DNA of 64,000 nt from Camelus dromedarius (Eukaryota), in assembly GCF_036321535.1 (NCBI RefSeq), contig NC_087436.1, forward strand, positions 63,738,001 through 63,802,000, given 5' to 3'. A model generated the notes under the pieces. That model saw nothing but the letters and a program-made list of their open reading frames with translations. It was not told where the DNA came from and did no database searches. Within the stretch, counting starts at the first letter, position 1, and every line of letters starts with the position of its first letter. This document shows, piece after piece, positions 40,590-54,200 of the stretch. The position numbers and the translations under genes are program-made.

Positions 40590-41065
40590 ACTTTTTTTCT
40601 CAAAGAATTCCAATATCCCTTTCCTCCTCCCTCATGGTTTCCCTTATTATTAACATGCATTAGTTTGGCACATTTCTTATAATTGATTAACCAATACTGA
40701 TACATTATTATTAGCTAAAATCCATAATTTACATTAGAATTCACTCTTTCTGTGTTAGTTCTATGGGTTTTGACAAACGCATGATGTCATTTATCCACCA
40801 TTACAGTATTGTACAAAACAGTTCCACTGCTCTAAAGATTACATGTGCTCCACCTATTCACCCTCCCCTTTCTCCATCCCTCCAAACCTCTGGCAATCAC
40901 TGACATTTTTTACTGTCTCTTTAGTTTTGCCTCTTCCAGAATGTCAGATAGTTGAAATCATACAAAATGTAGCCTTTTCAGACTGGCTTCTTTTTCTACA
41001 CAAATATGCATTTAAGCTTCTTCTGTGTCTTTTCATGACTTGGTAATTCATTTTTTAATCACTGC
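40590..41065 (-). mobile_element. L1MC1/2-like 3'UTR, antisense
   Basis: 'accaatactgatacattattattagctaaaatccata', 'ttctatgggttttgacaaa', 'gtagccttttcagactggcttcttt'. Confidence 0.85.
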
Positions 41066-42054
41066 CATCCTTCCTTTTTTTTTTTTTTCTCCTATTCCTT
41101 CTCTGAGTTTAAATGCTATCTCAAGTTGGTGGTTGACAGCTACATTGTTCTTCCTTCCTGCCTTTTGTTGGGAAACTGAGCTACAGAATATGTACTTTTA
41201 GTTTCTCACATGCAACATTGTCTGTTTCTTCCTTAAGCTTTCTGCTTTTCTGGCACCTCTTAAATGAAGCATCTGCTGGATACACTTGGACCTCTGCTTA
41301 CTCCACAGACCACTTCCTTGCAGCCTGACACTACAATCTATGCTTCGAATGGGAGCAGCTGATCCTAAAAGTATTTATGGAAAGAAATAGGGGAACTCCT
41401 AATATTACCTTTGGCTTTGTGAATTTAGATGCATTCAACTATACTCATTGAAGCAGTAAAGATAAGTCTTAATCTTGGAAATCTTAAATCAACAGTGTGG
41501 AGTTTGGACCCAAAAAAAGTTGGGAGTGGAAACTGAGAAAAAAAAAACAAAAAACAGCATAAACTTCAAGGCTCTCATTCAGATCTTAAATAAAAGGAGC
41601 CAAGTTCTTTATGAGATTTCTGATGAAGGTATAGATCATTTTTAATACTCTTCTGAGTGATTACCATATAAATCAATTTATTAAAGTATTCTTTAATAGT
41701 TTTCAATACATAGTTGATATATATTATGATAATAATGTTATATATTATTAGCAATGTCTTGATATCCTAAAGTTAACATGTTATTGTAAGTTAAGTTTTT
41801 ATATATATCTAACCTCTACTTTGAAATTTATCACAGGTTGATGGCAGAGAATTCATTCAATAAATATTGATAAATTATTAATTTTTTAGGTCCTACCTAC
41901 ATTTAAAATCTGCTAAAAAAAGTTTCTGAAATAGTTTCTAAATACCAGGAAATCAGACAAATATTAATCTGTTAATACTTTAACTTCTTACAATATGATG
42001 ACTCAACAATGGGTAAAAACAGGGAATAAAAACCTACAAAACTGAGGAAAGGGA

Positions 42055-42996
42055 TATGTTAGGCAGAATATGCACCTCCCCCATCAAAGATGTCACAAAG
42101 TCCTAATCCCTTGAACCTATGAACATGTTACCTTACATGTCAAGAGGGACTTCACAGAAGTGACTGAGTTAAGGTTCTCAAAAAAAGGAGAATATTCTGG
42201 ATTATCCAAATGGGCCCAAGGTGATCACAAGAGTTCTTATAACAGGGAGGCTAGTGGGTCAGAGTTTTAGAAAAGAAGGTGTAAGAATGGAATTAGAAGT
42301 CAGAGTGATGCTGTCAGGAGCCAGGGAATGTAGATGGCTTCTAGAAGCTGGAAAAGGCAAGGAATATATTTTCCTCTACAGCCTCCAGGAGAACTCAAGC
42401 TATCAGGCATCTTAATTTTAGCCTCGTGAGACTCATTTCAGATTCTGGCTGACAGAACTGCAAGATAATATAGTAGCAGGCATACCTCATTGTATAGTAC
42501 TTTGATTTTTTGTACTTTGCAGATACTGTTTTTGTTTTGTTTTGTTTTGTTTACAAATTGAAGGTTTGTAGCAATCTTGCACTGGGCAAGTCTATCAGCA
42601 CCATTCCTCCAACAGCATTTGCTCACTTGCATCTCTGTGTCACCTTTTGGTAATTCTTACAATATTTCAAACCCTCCACCAGCAGAAAGATTGTAACTTC
42701 CTAAAAGCACAGATGATGGTTAGCATTTTTTAGCCATAATGTATTTTTTAATTGAGATATGTACATTTTTTTAGACTTAGTGCTATTGCAGACTCAGTAG
42801 ACTACAGTATAATGTAAACATAACTTTCATATACATTGTGAAAACAAAAAATTCCTCTGACTCGCTTTTGTGTGATATTTGCTTTACTGTGGTGGTCTGG
42901 AACTGAACTTGCATTATCTCTGAGGTCTGCCTGTATGCTATTTTAAGCCACTAAGTTTATGGTAATGTGTTACAGCAGCAAAAGGAAACTAATACA
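42055..42996 (+). mobile_element. MLT1D-like solo LTR split by a Tigger1 derivative
   Basis: Start 'tatgttaggcagaata', 'ctagaagctggaaaaggcaagga'; resumes at 42934 with 'ttttaagccactaagtttatggtaa...aaactaataca'. Confidence 0.9.
42477..42933. mobile_element. Non-autonomous Tigger1 derivative (Tigger1a_Art-like)
   Basis: TIRs caggcatacctc / gaggtctgcctg, followed by TA. 457 bp. Confidence 0.92.
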
Positions 42997-45569
42997 AAAA
43001 ATAACATCTGCCAGTCATTTGCTTGTTTCTTCTCAGAACTGTCTGAACCTCTATCTCCAGCTCCTTTTCCTCTAGCTTCTAGGGAAATGTAGCCAATCGA
43101 AGGGTGGGTGGGTGACTGGACAATGGAGGGCAGCAGGGATCTAAAGTTCTGCCTGTCTTTGATTCAGGAGAGTTCCTTCCGGGCTGTGTTCTCTCTCTCA
43201 CGCCAGCTCCTGCAGGATAGCTCTGCCTTGCTTATTTAAAACTAGACGTAATCGTTCATATATCCCAGAGATATTAATATCTGGAGAGCAGATATTTTAA
43301 GATATTTATACATTTCTTTTTTTTTTACTGTCTTATGAATTATATGTTGAAAGAAAAGTGTTTAAACCTTCACACTCTGTTCAAAATATTCTCTTAAATG
43401 TGTCCCAGCCTCCTTTACTCTGCTCCCCACACCTTATCTTCCATTATTCCAAACTCAGATGCTTGTGCTGCCTAATGTTGCATTTTTGTAACTCGTTACT
43501 ATTTCTCTATTTCTTGGCTTATGTTTTAGCTTGAGATTTCCAACAACTGCCCTTTCTAGTTGGGTTTGAGCTTTCCTAAACCAGCACATCCCACCTCCTG
43601 TCCTTTTTAATACCACCATTTAAACAGTCTCAACACTTCCAGGCTTCCAGTGCACTGAACATGATCTTCACCTTTCAGCCTGTGTGCTCCATCAAGGCAA
43701 TTGGTCGTAAAAGCTTTGACATGCACTTTTTAAAAAGATACAAAGATATTTGCATATTGTACATGCCGTGCATGCTGTTAACAGAAGTCTAGAGTAATAC
43801 ACCCAGTGATGTCATAAAATGATGAAAATGTACCACTAAGTATTTCTTGATATTTTCATAGATACCTACTAAATATGTATTTTAATACAGATCTTAATAG
43901 AAAATAATTAAGAACAACAACAAAAATAACAGAGTAGTAAGTCTGTGGATGTCACTGAGTTGTCTAATTCTTACATTATTCAAGGCAGCTTGCTTGCCCT
44001 GTTTCTTTAAAATACTAAAAAAAAAACCCAAAAACCAAAAAAACCCAAAACTTTAGAGTAAATCATTTTTGAGAAAATTTTAATGTTAATTTTTTCAGAA
44101 AACCTTGAAAATGAAATATTTACCTACCATAGGAAAGGATGTATTTTAAAATATTATTCTATTTTTCTACTTAGAAATGACTATTAGCCTTCCCAGATAT
44201 GACTTACAATTATATCATATATCCCTAATATGGAAGAATGCATTACTCACAGACTAAATACAACATCAACACACTCTCTACTTCCTCTCAAAGTGAACTG
44301 GGATTTCACAGTAATATACTTTCACAATTTTTTCTCCTACATATGCTTATATGAATGTATAGCTTGTTTTTGCAGGCAAAAAGGAAAGTACCATTAAGCT
44401 GTATTCAGTTTGAGTTCAATTTGGAACAAAAAAAATCTGAACAAACACAACTGCACAATTTGCATAGCGCTTTTTGAAAAGTAGCAAGATGTCCACGTAT
44501 GATTGAGATTGGTCCCTAAATCCAAAATTACATCAACTCCAGGAGTTATGGTTACTTTCATTAGAAAGGTAAAAGTTGCCTGCTCAGTCAGATTACTTTC
44601 AGCAATATGCCAGAGCTTGTTGGCCATATGTTTCAAGTTGTAAGATGTCCTGTTAGAGTTATGGATGCAGTTTTGCAGTCAGGAAAATGACAGATTTCTC
44701 TCCCTTGAAGACATTAACTTTATTCCACTTTGTTCTAACACCGTGTGCAGACAATGAGAATGATATAGTAGTCTCCTGTTTTCTCAGTGAATATAATTCA
44801 AGATGAGTCTACTGCTACATTCTCACACAGCTTCTCTCTGACCTTTTAAATTCCAACTTGCTCTCAGCCTTGTCTTCCACCAGTGTTGTCTCTGGCTTTA
44901 TTCTTGGATTAATTTCTTATTCATTCAGTAATAATAGATTATTATTTATTCAATAATAAAACAGTATTTATTATTATCACATGCCAAAAAATATATTAAT
45001 CTGTGTATCTAGTCATTTGAGAGTTACTGCACAAGCAAATGTTGAGTATAAACTTAAATAGACAACCAAAAAACACAATTAGTAACCATTTTCATATAGA
45101 ACACTTCACACTGATAATGAAATTTCAAAATATGCAGATAATTTAATACTATAATTTGCACTTATATCTTAATCCAAAAGAGGACTCTTTCTACCCTAAA
45201 TGCTGGAATTTTTTGCTTAGTCCAAATATAGCTGATCCTTTAGCTTACATTTTAGGTCTTCTTAATAATTCATCCTCAAACAGACACACACTTAAGTATG
45301 TATTTCTTGACCCCAGGATCATGACAGCTCCCCAGTTCTTCTGTTCTGCTTAAACATCTTTTCTTGCACTTTGCTGCAAATTTTGCTTCTCTAGTGCATG
45401 TCAATTAACACATAAATCTCTGTTGATTTTCACTAGGTCCTAATACAAAGTTCTATCTCATTTTCTTTTTCTTTACTGAGGTATTACTAACAAATAAAAT
45501 TGCATATTAAAGTGTACAACTTGATGTTTTAAGAAATTTATATATTCTTTGTATCTGCCAGTATGTAGA

Positions 45570-48260
45570 GAAGATGTCCCTGCTGTCAGCTTAAACTCAC
45601 TCTTACATTCTAGTTGTAGAAGGCAGACAATGAATAGTGAATCACAAGAATCATGATGCAAAAGATAGTTCAGATAGTAACACGTGTTTGAAGAACATAA
45701 AACAAGATACTATGATAGACTGTGAATGAGGCTGGGGGACCACATTAGTCTAAGGATGAAAGGAGGCCTCTCCAAGAAGATGACATCTAAGCTGAAACCT
45801 AAGTGATAAGAAGATGTCAACTATGCAAAGATTTTGCAGATTAACATCCAGATAGCAGGAAAGCTAACATAGAGAACCTAAGGCAGAATTAGTAGTATTT
45901 ATTTTAATCAAGATTATTTTTATACACATTTTCACTTTTTAATGCAAATTTTTATTAGTATTGGTTTTAAAACAGCAACCAGATACAACTCAATATACCG
46001 AAATATGTTGTGTTTCTAGACTGTAATAACAAAACTATTAGAAAGAGAAATTAAAAAACAATACCATTTATAATTACGCCAAAAAGAATAAAATACCTGG
46101 GACTAAATTTAACCAAGGAAGTAAAAGACCTATAAACTGAGAACTATAAGTCATTGATGAAAGAAATTGAAGAATACACAAACAGATGGAAAGATATTCT
46201 ATGCTTATGGACTGGAAGAACTAATATTGTTAAAATGTTCATACTACTCAAAGCAATATACAGGTTCAAGGAAATTCCTATCAAAATTCAATGAGATACA
46301 CCACAGAAATAGAAAAAATAATTCTGAAATTTTTATGGAACCACAGAAGACTTCAATTAACCAAAGTAATCATGAGACAGAAAAACAAAGCTGAGGCAGG
46401 ATGTTCTTTGATTTCAAAATATATTACAAAGCTATAGTAATCATAACAGTATGGTATGTGCATAAAAACAGATGCATAGATCAATGGAAGAAAAAGAGAG
46501 CCCAGAAATAAACCCACATACATAAGGCCAATTAATTTATGACAAAGGAATCAAGAATATGCAATGGAAAAAGGACAAGCTCTTTAATAAATGGTGTTAG
46601 GAAAACTGGACAGTTGTATCTAAAAGAATGAAATTGGTCTGATACAAAAAGTTAACTCTAAGTGGATTGAAGACTTGAATGTAAGGCCTGAAACCATAAA
46701 ACTCTTAGAGGGAAAAATAAGTGGTAAAGGGGACTCCTTGATCTCAGTCTTGGTGATGACTTTGTGGATTTAATCCCAAAAGCAAAAGCAACAAAACCAA
46801 AAATTTAAAAAGTGGAACTACATCAAACTAAAAAGCTTCTGCACAGCAAAGAAAACCATCCAAAAAAGGCAAAGGCAACCTACTGAATGGGAAGAAATAT
46901 TTGCAAATCAAATATCTGATAAGGGGTTAATATCCAAAATATCTAAAGAAATCATGTGACTCAATAGCAGTAAACCAATCGAGTGAAAAATGTGCAGAGG
47001 ATCTGAATAGACATTTTTCTAAAGAAGACACACAGAAGGCCAACAGGTACATGAAAAGGTGCTCAACATCACTAATGATCAGGGAAATGCAAATCAAAAC
47101 CACAATGGGATATCACGTCACATATTTTAGAATGGTTATTATCAAAAAGACAAAAAGTATCAAGCGTTGGCAAGAATGTGGAGGAAAGGGAACACTTGTT
47201 CCCTGTTGGTGGGAAGAGCCAACCACAGAAATTGTGCAGCCACTACAGAAAACAGTTTGGCAGTTCTCAAAAATTAAAAATAGAAGTACCATAAGATCCA
47301 GCAATTCCATTTTGGGGTACTTATTCAAAGAAAATGAAAATATTTACTCAAAAAATATATATGCACCCCTATGTTTATTGCAGCAGTATGTAAAAGAACC
47401 AAGGTATGGAAACAGCCTAGGTGTCCATCAATAAATGAATGGATTAAAACGATTCAGTATACACACACACACACATACACACACATGTAATGGAACATCG
47501 TAGAAGTAAATTTTGCCATTTTTGAAAACATGGATGGACCTTGAGACTATTATGCTAAGTGAAATAAGTCAGACAGAGAAGGACAAATACTGCATGGCCC
47601 CCTTGATATGTGGAATTTCTTTTTAAAAGAGCTTATAGATAGACAACAGATTGGTAGTTGTGAGAGACAGAAGGTGGAGGGTAGAGAGAAGTGAGTGAAG
47701 AGTGTCAAATGGTACAAACTTCCAGTTATAAGACAAATAAGTTTGGGGGATATAATTTACAGCATGGTGACTATAGTTAATAATACTGTATTGTGTATCT
47801 GAAAGCTGCTAAGAGAGTAGATCTTAAAAGTCCTCATCACAAGAAAAAAGTGTTGGTTATTATATATGATGACAGATGTTAACGAGATTCATTGTGGTGA
47901 TCATTTCACAATGCATATATGTATCAAATCATTATCTTGGACATCTGAAACTAATATAAAGTTATATGTCAATTATACCTCAAAAATAAATTAATTAACT
48001 AAGTAAAATGGCTATTTCTACAGCACAGGAGGCAGGGGAAGAGTGGCCCAACAATAGGACTGGAAGGATAAGTAAGTACAGTTCCCTACAAGGTTGCAGC
48101 CCATGGTGAAAGTGTTAGGTTTATTCTGCATGTAATATGCCTTTCATAAAGCAAGGTGACCTGATTTGATTGGCTTTTTTAAAAAAATCATCTAGAGAAC
48201 AAAAGATATGTTGGCAAGATTGAAAAGAGAAGGTCAATGTGGAGGTTATTATAACAATAA
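45570..48260 (-). mobile_element. L2 fossil pieces (45570-45890 and ~48015-48260) flanking the L1
   Basis: 'cttacattctagttgtagaaggcagaca', 'ggcctctccaagaagatgacatctaagctgaaacct', 'gtgacctgatttgatt'. Confidence 0.65.
45979..48003 (+). mobile_element. 5'-truncated L1 (L1MA9/laurasiatherian type)
   Basis: ORF 47051-47434 begins '[22 protein letters not shown]...[14 protein letters not shown]'. 3'UTR 'gctaagagagtagatcttaaaag...gtcaattatacctcaa'. Possible decayed TSD taaaacagcaa / taaaatggcta. Confidence 0.95.
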
Positions 48261-51200
48261 AAAAGTTCAGTTACAATATGAGAAAAATGGAGGGGTGCAA
48301 ATTATATTTCACTAAAACACTTTTCCAAACTCTTTAAATCAGTCAACAATATTACTCTCCACCTTGTAAGAGTTTCCTTGATTAACATACCACTAATTCC
48401 TCCAAATCCCAATTAACTCTTTTTGGTTGGTTTGTGTATCCACTGTTGTTGATTTTTTTCAATAAAACAAAAAGTGGAACACTTGTGTTATATTACTTGC
48501 ATGCATTTTAAAACTGCAATATTCTACTTTTTTTTGATGCAAGTATTTTACTTTTCCATACTTACATGGAATCAGTTAAATGATAGCAAATCATAGGTAA
48601 AGTGCAATTGAAAAGAGATATCCTACTCAGTCTCAGCCTTTGAGTGTGAAACTGCGACCATATCTATCCACATTTTAGAGCTATGTTCAAGACTATATTT
48701 TATCTATTTTTATCTGTATAGTCATGTATTTTATAGACAAACTGTCATACTCCTTACTCTGCCCATTAAGCTAATGCGGTTATTATTTATTGAAGATTAC
48801 TTTATACAGAAGTTACTTTCTTAGAAGTTTATGTTCTTGAGAAGAAACAGATCTGGATGGAAGATGGAGAAAACTGTTTGCTTATTTGTTTGTTTGTTTG
48901 ATCCAATACTCAAGCTGAAGATAACTGTATTGGTTTAATGTGGTGACTTCATTATGCCTTGAAAACACAGGATTATTAATTTACAATTTTGAGAAAAAGG
49001 AAAGTGATTTGTTCATATATAAATGCCATGCATAAACCTGAAATTAAAATTTTTTTCTTAATTAACAATTTAATTTTCTTCTCAGGTTAGTATTTATTTT
49101 CTTTTAATTTATTTTCTTAAGGCAGATTAGATAATCAAGTATTCAATCCTGAAGCTAGTATGAAGTTTCCAACATTCATTTAAATCTTCCAATTTCATCC
49201 AACAATATGGGGGCAGAAGGTGAGCTTTGAATGACACATAAAACCAAGACTTACACTTGCAGTGATGACTAAAGCAGAGTAAGTTTCACATTCCTGTTAG
49301 AGGAATAAGACTGAGTAGAGTGGTATATTTGGGAATCGGGGCCAAACTAAGAGGAAGGGTCTTTGTAGTGAAGAAAAGCGTGACTGGATTTCATTGCAAA
49401 GCTATAATGAAGGCCAGGAGTCTAGGTGGAGGTCAGTTGGAAGGAGTGGTAAGAAGTCATATTGCAAGATTTCCATAGACTCCTCTCTACCACTGCAATA
49501 AATAGTTTGTGGCAGCTAAAACTCAAGCAAGATTGAAGGCTATCTGGCCCTTTCTGAGACCCATCATCACCCTGTTTTACCTGACAGATAACCAGAACCC
49601 AAACTCTCCCATTCAGCCCACCTACAATGTTGACAGATAGGAGAAGAGATATCCTCCATTCTTCAGTTTGACACTTACACACACTTCTGGAGGAAAGACA
49701 GACAGCAGTAACCACACACAACTCCTTTCCAATGTGACAAGCACATCAGGTTAAGAGCTGACATCTGCCTTTGCCTCTGTCCTGACTTTTAATAAACAAA
49801 CATAACTAAGGGGTTTGCTCATTTACCATGATTAGTATTCTACACTAACTCTCTGGAAAGAAAATTATAAGAAAGAAGGAAAGTTACTAGAATAGTTTTA
49901 TTGATATAACTTATTTAGAAAGGATTTTGAAACATGTTTGTGACTTGATTCTGCTTTTAATTCATTCCTGAGGTAACAGAAGGAAAAGCAAATGCTTCAA
50001 CAATTTTTCTTTTTCTCTAGTTGGAATTGACAGGAAAGGAGCATTATAAACTACTGCAAATTAGTTGCTTCCACAATAGTGACTAAAGTTGATCTTGTTT
50101 TACAGCAATAAAAAATAAGTTCATAAATTATAAAACCAATTCTTACTCATAGTAAGATACAGTATAAAGGTGCATATAATGTTAAGCAAACATTCTTTTT
50201 CTTTTCTATTCCCTCAGGAGAACTTTAGTCACATAAACCAAATGGTAGTCATTAATAACCCTTCCTAGTGTTTGCCAAAATTTGCTATGTTGTATATGCT
50301 ATGCAAAAATTGTATATTCTATGTATGTATACACAATATTTATAGGGATATTGTTTTCATTTAGAGAATAAAATTAGAAACAATACTTTGAACTTGCTTT
50401 TTTTAATAACATTTAGAAACATAAATGCTGCTATACTTCTATTAAACTAAATTGACCAATAAAAGGCTGCATTTATTTATACCTGTATCGAAACAAAATG
50501 TTAGAAACTCACAAATTTAACTGAAACACAAGTCTTTTCATTATTTAAGATTGCCTATAAACATTTTTAGTCAGTAAAAAGTTGAAGGGAAAAAAAAGAA
50601 ATTTGAACTTTTGGCTCAGAAAATAACAAAGGGAAAAAAAACATAAAAATCCAACTCCTCACCCAAAATATGTATATATACTGGCAAATGTGGAAATAAG
50701 TATCAATATGGAATTTTTAAGAGAAATACTATTTTTACTGGCATTGAAAAATAGTTAAATAGAGATACTGGCTAAATGAAGTGAGTAAAAGCCAATGACT
50801 CCATTGGTTGGATTCTCTTAGTCCATAAGTTACTCTCCAGAAATTTAAGTGTTTTGACAGGAGCATAAACTCAGCATCCTGCAGCTGGAACATAGTCCCA
50901 GGAGCGAAATTTACACACAGAATTTCTGGCTCACCATCAAGAAAACTTTTATCTAAATAAATCAAAAAAATAATAGTGCTGGAAGGGACAACAGAATTCC
51001 CAAATGAGATAGAGTCTATTCTCCTATATTGAGACATTCCATACTTTTCAAAAGAATTTACCTTTCTTGCTCTTAAAAATCACCAATGTTGGTAATTCTC
51101 CAGTATCTTTGTGTGATGCAGTCCAAAGCCTCACATCCTTATGCTTAGAATCATATGGTTTTCTGGAAGTCTAATTGCAAATTATTTCAACTATAATTCA

Positions 51201-54200
51201 GTCAATTCATCCTCTGTGGTTAATGAAGAGAACTGAACACAATCTTGCAGTTCATTTAGTCCAAGAAGATTATTAGCATGTGTCAGTCTGCAAAAGTCTC
51301 TGGAGAAGATTTTTTTTCTCAGGTTGCCATAATGCACCTAAAAGTTTAGCAATAGCTTTGTAAAAGCATCAGCATTATTTGCATATGCTGTACACAGCTG
51401 GATGAAAACACGGTTTTGATCACTGCTCTAGTATTCTTTTATATGGCAGGAGTAGTACATAAAATGAGAGAGCTCATTCCTGCCTGAGACTGTTTACTCT
51501 GTTAACTCTGGTGTGGTGAGGAAGAGGTAAAAGGCATTTTGAAAAGTTTGCTATGGCCTCACAAGAAATAGGCTTGAAATAAAATAAAACAGCTGAAGAG
51601 CTTTCATTCTGAATAGTATCTGGATCTGTTGGTCCCAAACAAAAATCCTACACGAGGTCCTTAAGGAGCAGCCAACGAACCCCAGGAGGAAAACAGCACA
51701 GTGGGATAAATGTATGCTCTGCTACAGGAAATGCATTGAAAAATGGGGCTGTAAGTGGGATAGAGCCGAGGAGAAAACATAAAGTATTCACGGGTTGATT
51801 TCAGGGAATTCAAAGAAATAAACTTTTATGTGAAGTTGTAAATGAGCCATATGAAGGACCAGGGAAATGGAGAAAATGATCAAAGACCGAAAAAAAAAGT
51901 ACATAGGCTATTAACCTTGCAGAAACAGCCTGTTTGATTTAAAGAACACACGAAAACGATCCAGAAAGTAAAGGCAGAAAATAAAATGGGGAATACAAAG
52001 GACACTGAGATAGAGGATAAAAGGTTTTACAGATAAATAAAGCAGCAATAGGCTTATGAGAGCCACTATTGCCTCTTGAGAAACCAAAGGCAACTGGGTA
52101 ATGGAACAGGGAGATAGGATGGGATCTGTTAGCCTCCTTTTCTCCATCAGAAAGCAGAAGAAAACATGCTGAAAATATTTCTTCTAAAGGTAATGAGACC
52201 CTGAAAAAAAATGAAAATTGAGAGCAGCTCAAATATATCTTTAAGAAAAAACAGTTCCTGAGCCAACTAAAACTAGAAATCTGAAAGGACTATTAGTGAT
52301 AGAAGAAATAAATATTGGTATGTAGTGACAAATACAGGAAAATTAAATATACAGTTGAAGTACACGTTTAAATGGGCAAATGATTCTTTTCTTGCCCTTA
52401 AAAATAGTAGTACTTCGGGTACATGAAATGGTTTGTTAGTCAAAATAAAATAAAACTTCCTTTCTATTTGAAAGAAATGAAAGTGAAAAAGATAACTGAT
52501 GAAAACACTATGTATAGATACATCATTTTTTGAAGTTTCCTCCTGATATAATTTTACTTCAAGTTTAGTACAGCTCTAACCCACAGCAAGGGTATAATCT
52601 TGTAACAATCTGGAAAAAGTTAAATTATCAAAATTAATCTTGCAGAGAGATCATAGAGACACGCTTACCAAATATCCTTCACTGCTTACCAAACATTATT
52701 TCCATTATACTAAATTGTTCAGAAAGTGTCTTTAAAATACCAAAATAGTTTTTGCTCCTTCATGCTCTTCTTTAAATTCACTACAAAATGCAAGTAAAGA
52801 CAGTCAATATTATATGTCAGTATGGTGAGTTATATAAGACATATGGGCTTTTATTCCTTGTGCTTCATTTCGGTCAGATGCATGCAGAGTAAATCCAGTG
52901 TTGGGTACAACCCTTACTGGATGCAGGTCATTGAGCCCAGACATGTAAGGTTGTGTCTAGTACTCTTTATTCACCAGAAGCACGGGGGGGGGGGAGTTCA
53001 GAAATTTTCAAGTTCTCGCCACTTTTTCAGATCAAAAATAATTTATTACCTCATTATTACATGGTATTCTGATATTTTAAAAGTGTAACATCAGTAGCAT
53101 TCTCTTCATGACAGCATGAGAATATTGCAGATATATATCAGAGTTAACAGAAAACTTGGGAAAATAACTTTAATGTATTCTTTGGAGAGTCACCTCAAAT
53201 ATCTGTAGAACGTTATCTGAATGAGTGGCTTTTCTTTTAATGATAAATTTCACAAGCTATAGGGAAAATAGTTTTCAACTGCAGAATAACTGTAATAGAA
53301 ATACAGATATCAGGGCATCAGTCCTTTCATCTCTTGGCCACAAAAAAAAATTCTCTAATACTCAGGAGTATTACACTTGAAGAGAAGACCTCTATGGACC
53401 ATTCGATCTTAAATTATTTCCCATTGTTAAGTACTCTATTAAAGTAATACGATGTAAACAATCTACACAGCAGCACAGTGCTGATTTTAAATTGATTCAA
53501 CTGTATAATGCATACATTACCATCAAAGCAAATATTCCAGAATTGATAGGCTGACATAATGCAATACTCTGTTGATATAATTAACAATATAAACTATTTA
53601 CCCTGCAATGTATTGCCATGCAGTTAGCAGATTCTGATGGTATAAACTGATCATCTTCTGTGATGGACAATGAGTATCTGATTTATATCAAATACAGCAT
53701 TAATTACTGTGCCAAAATGACACATAGCAACAGTTCTTTAGTAATTTTTGTCAATTAGCCTACAATTGGGAATATAAATGGCTGAGAAAGTTATATCTCT
53801 ATCAGTGAATGATGTCATTCAGATTTCTCTGATTTTACATTGTCTTTTAATCAGCAAGTTTAACTCTAGCTTATAAATCACATATCGGAAATGAATTCGG
53901 TTAATATCTTATTCTCATGTTTTCTGGCCTCAATCAATTTAATATGATGTGATGTAAGCTGGCCTTGTCAAATTACTTACCACTTAGGGAAATAAATAAA
54001 AGAACCAGGGATTTCTGCTAAGACTAGATTTTATGCCATAAGCAAAATATTTGATATCATAGGGAAGAGAAAAACACAATCATGTCTCTTACTATGTTAC
54101 TGAAAATTAATCACATCAGAAATAATACTATTAGCCAGGGAAAAAAAGGCAATAGAAATTATCTTGTTTTTGCTTCAAATTTTATCCTTGTTCAATAGTA

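Noticed and set aside
43269..43282. 14-bp palindrome agatattaatatct
   Set aside because: Expected by chance in 64 kb of AT-rich DNA.
51500..52300. Possible CR1/L3 fossil or pseudogene
   Set aside because: Texture is suggestive, but I found no diagnostic nucleotide or protein motif.
52984..52994. G11 run
   Set aside because: Isolated homopolymer with no supporting context.
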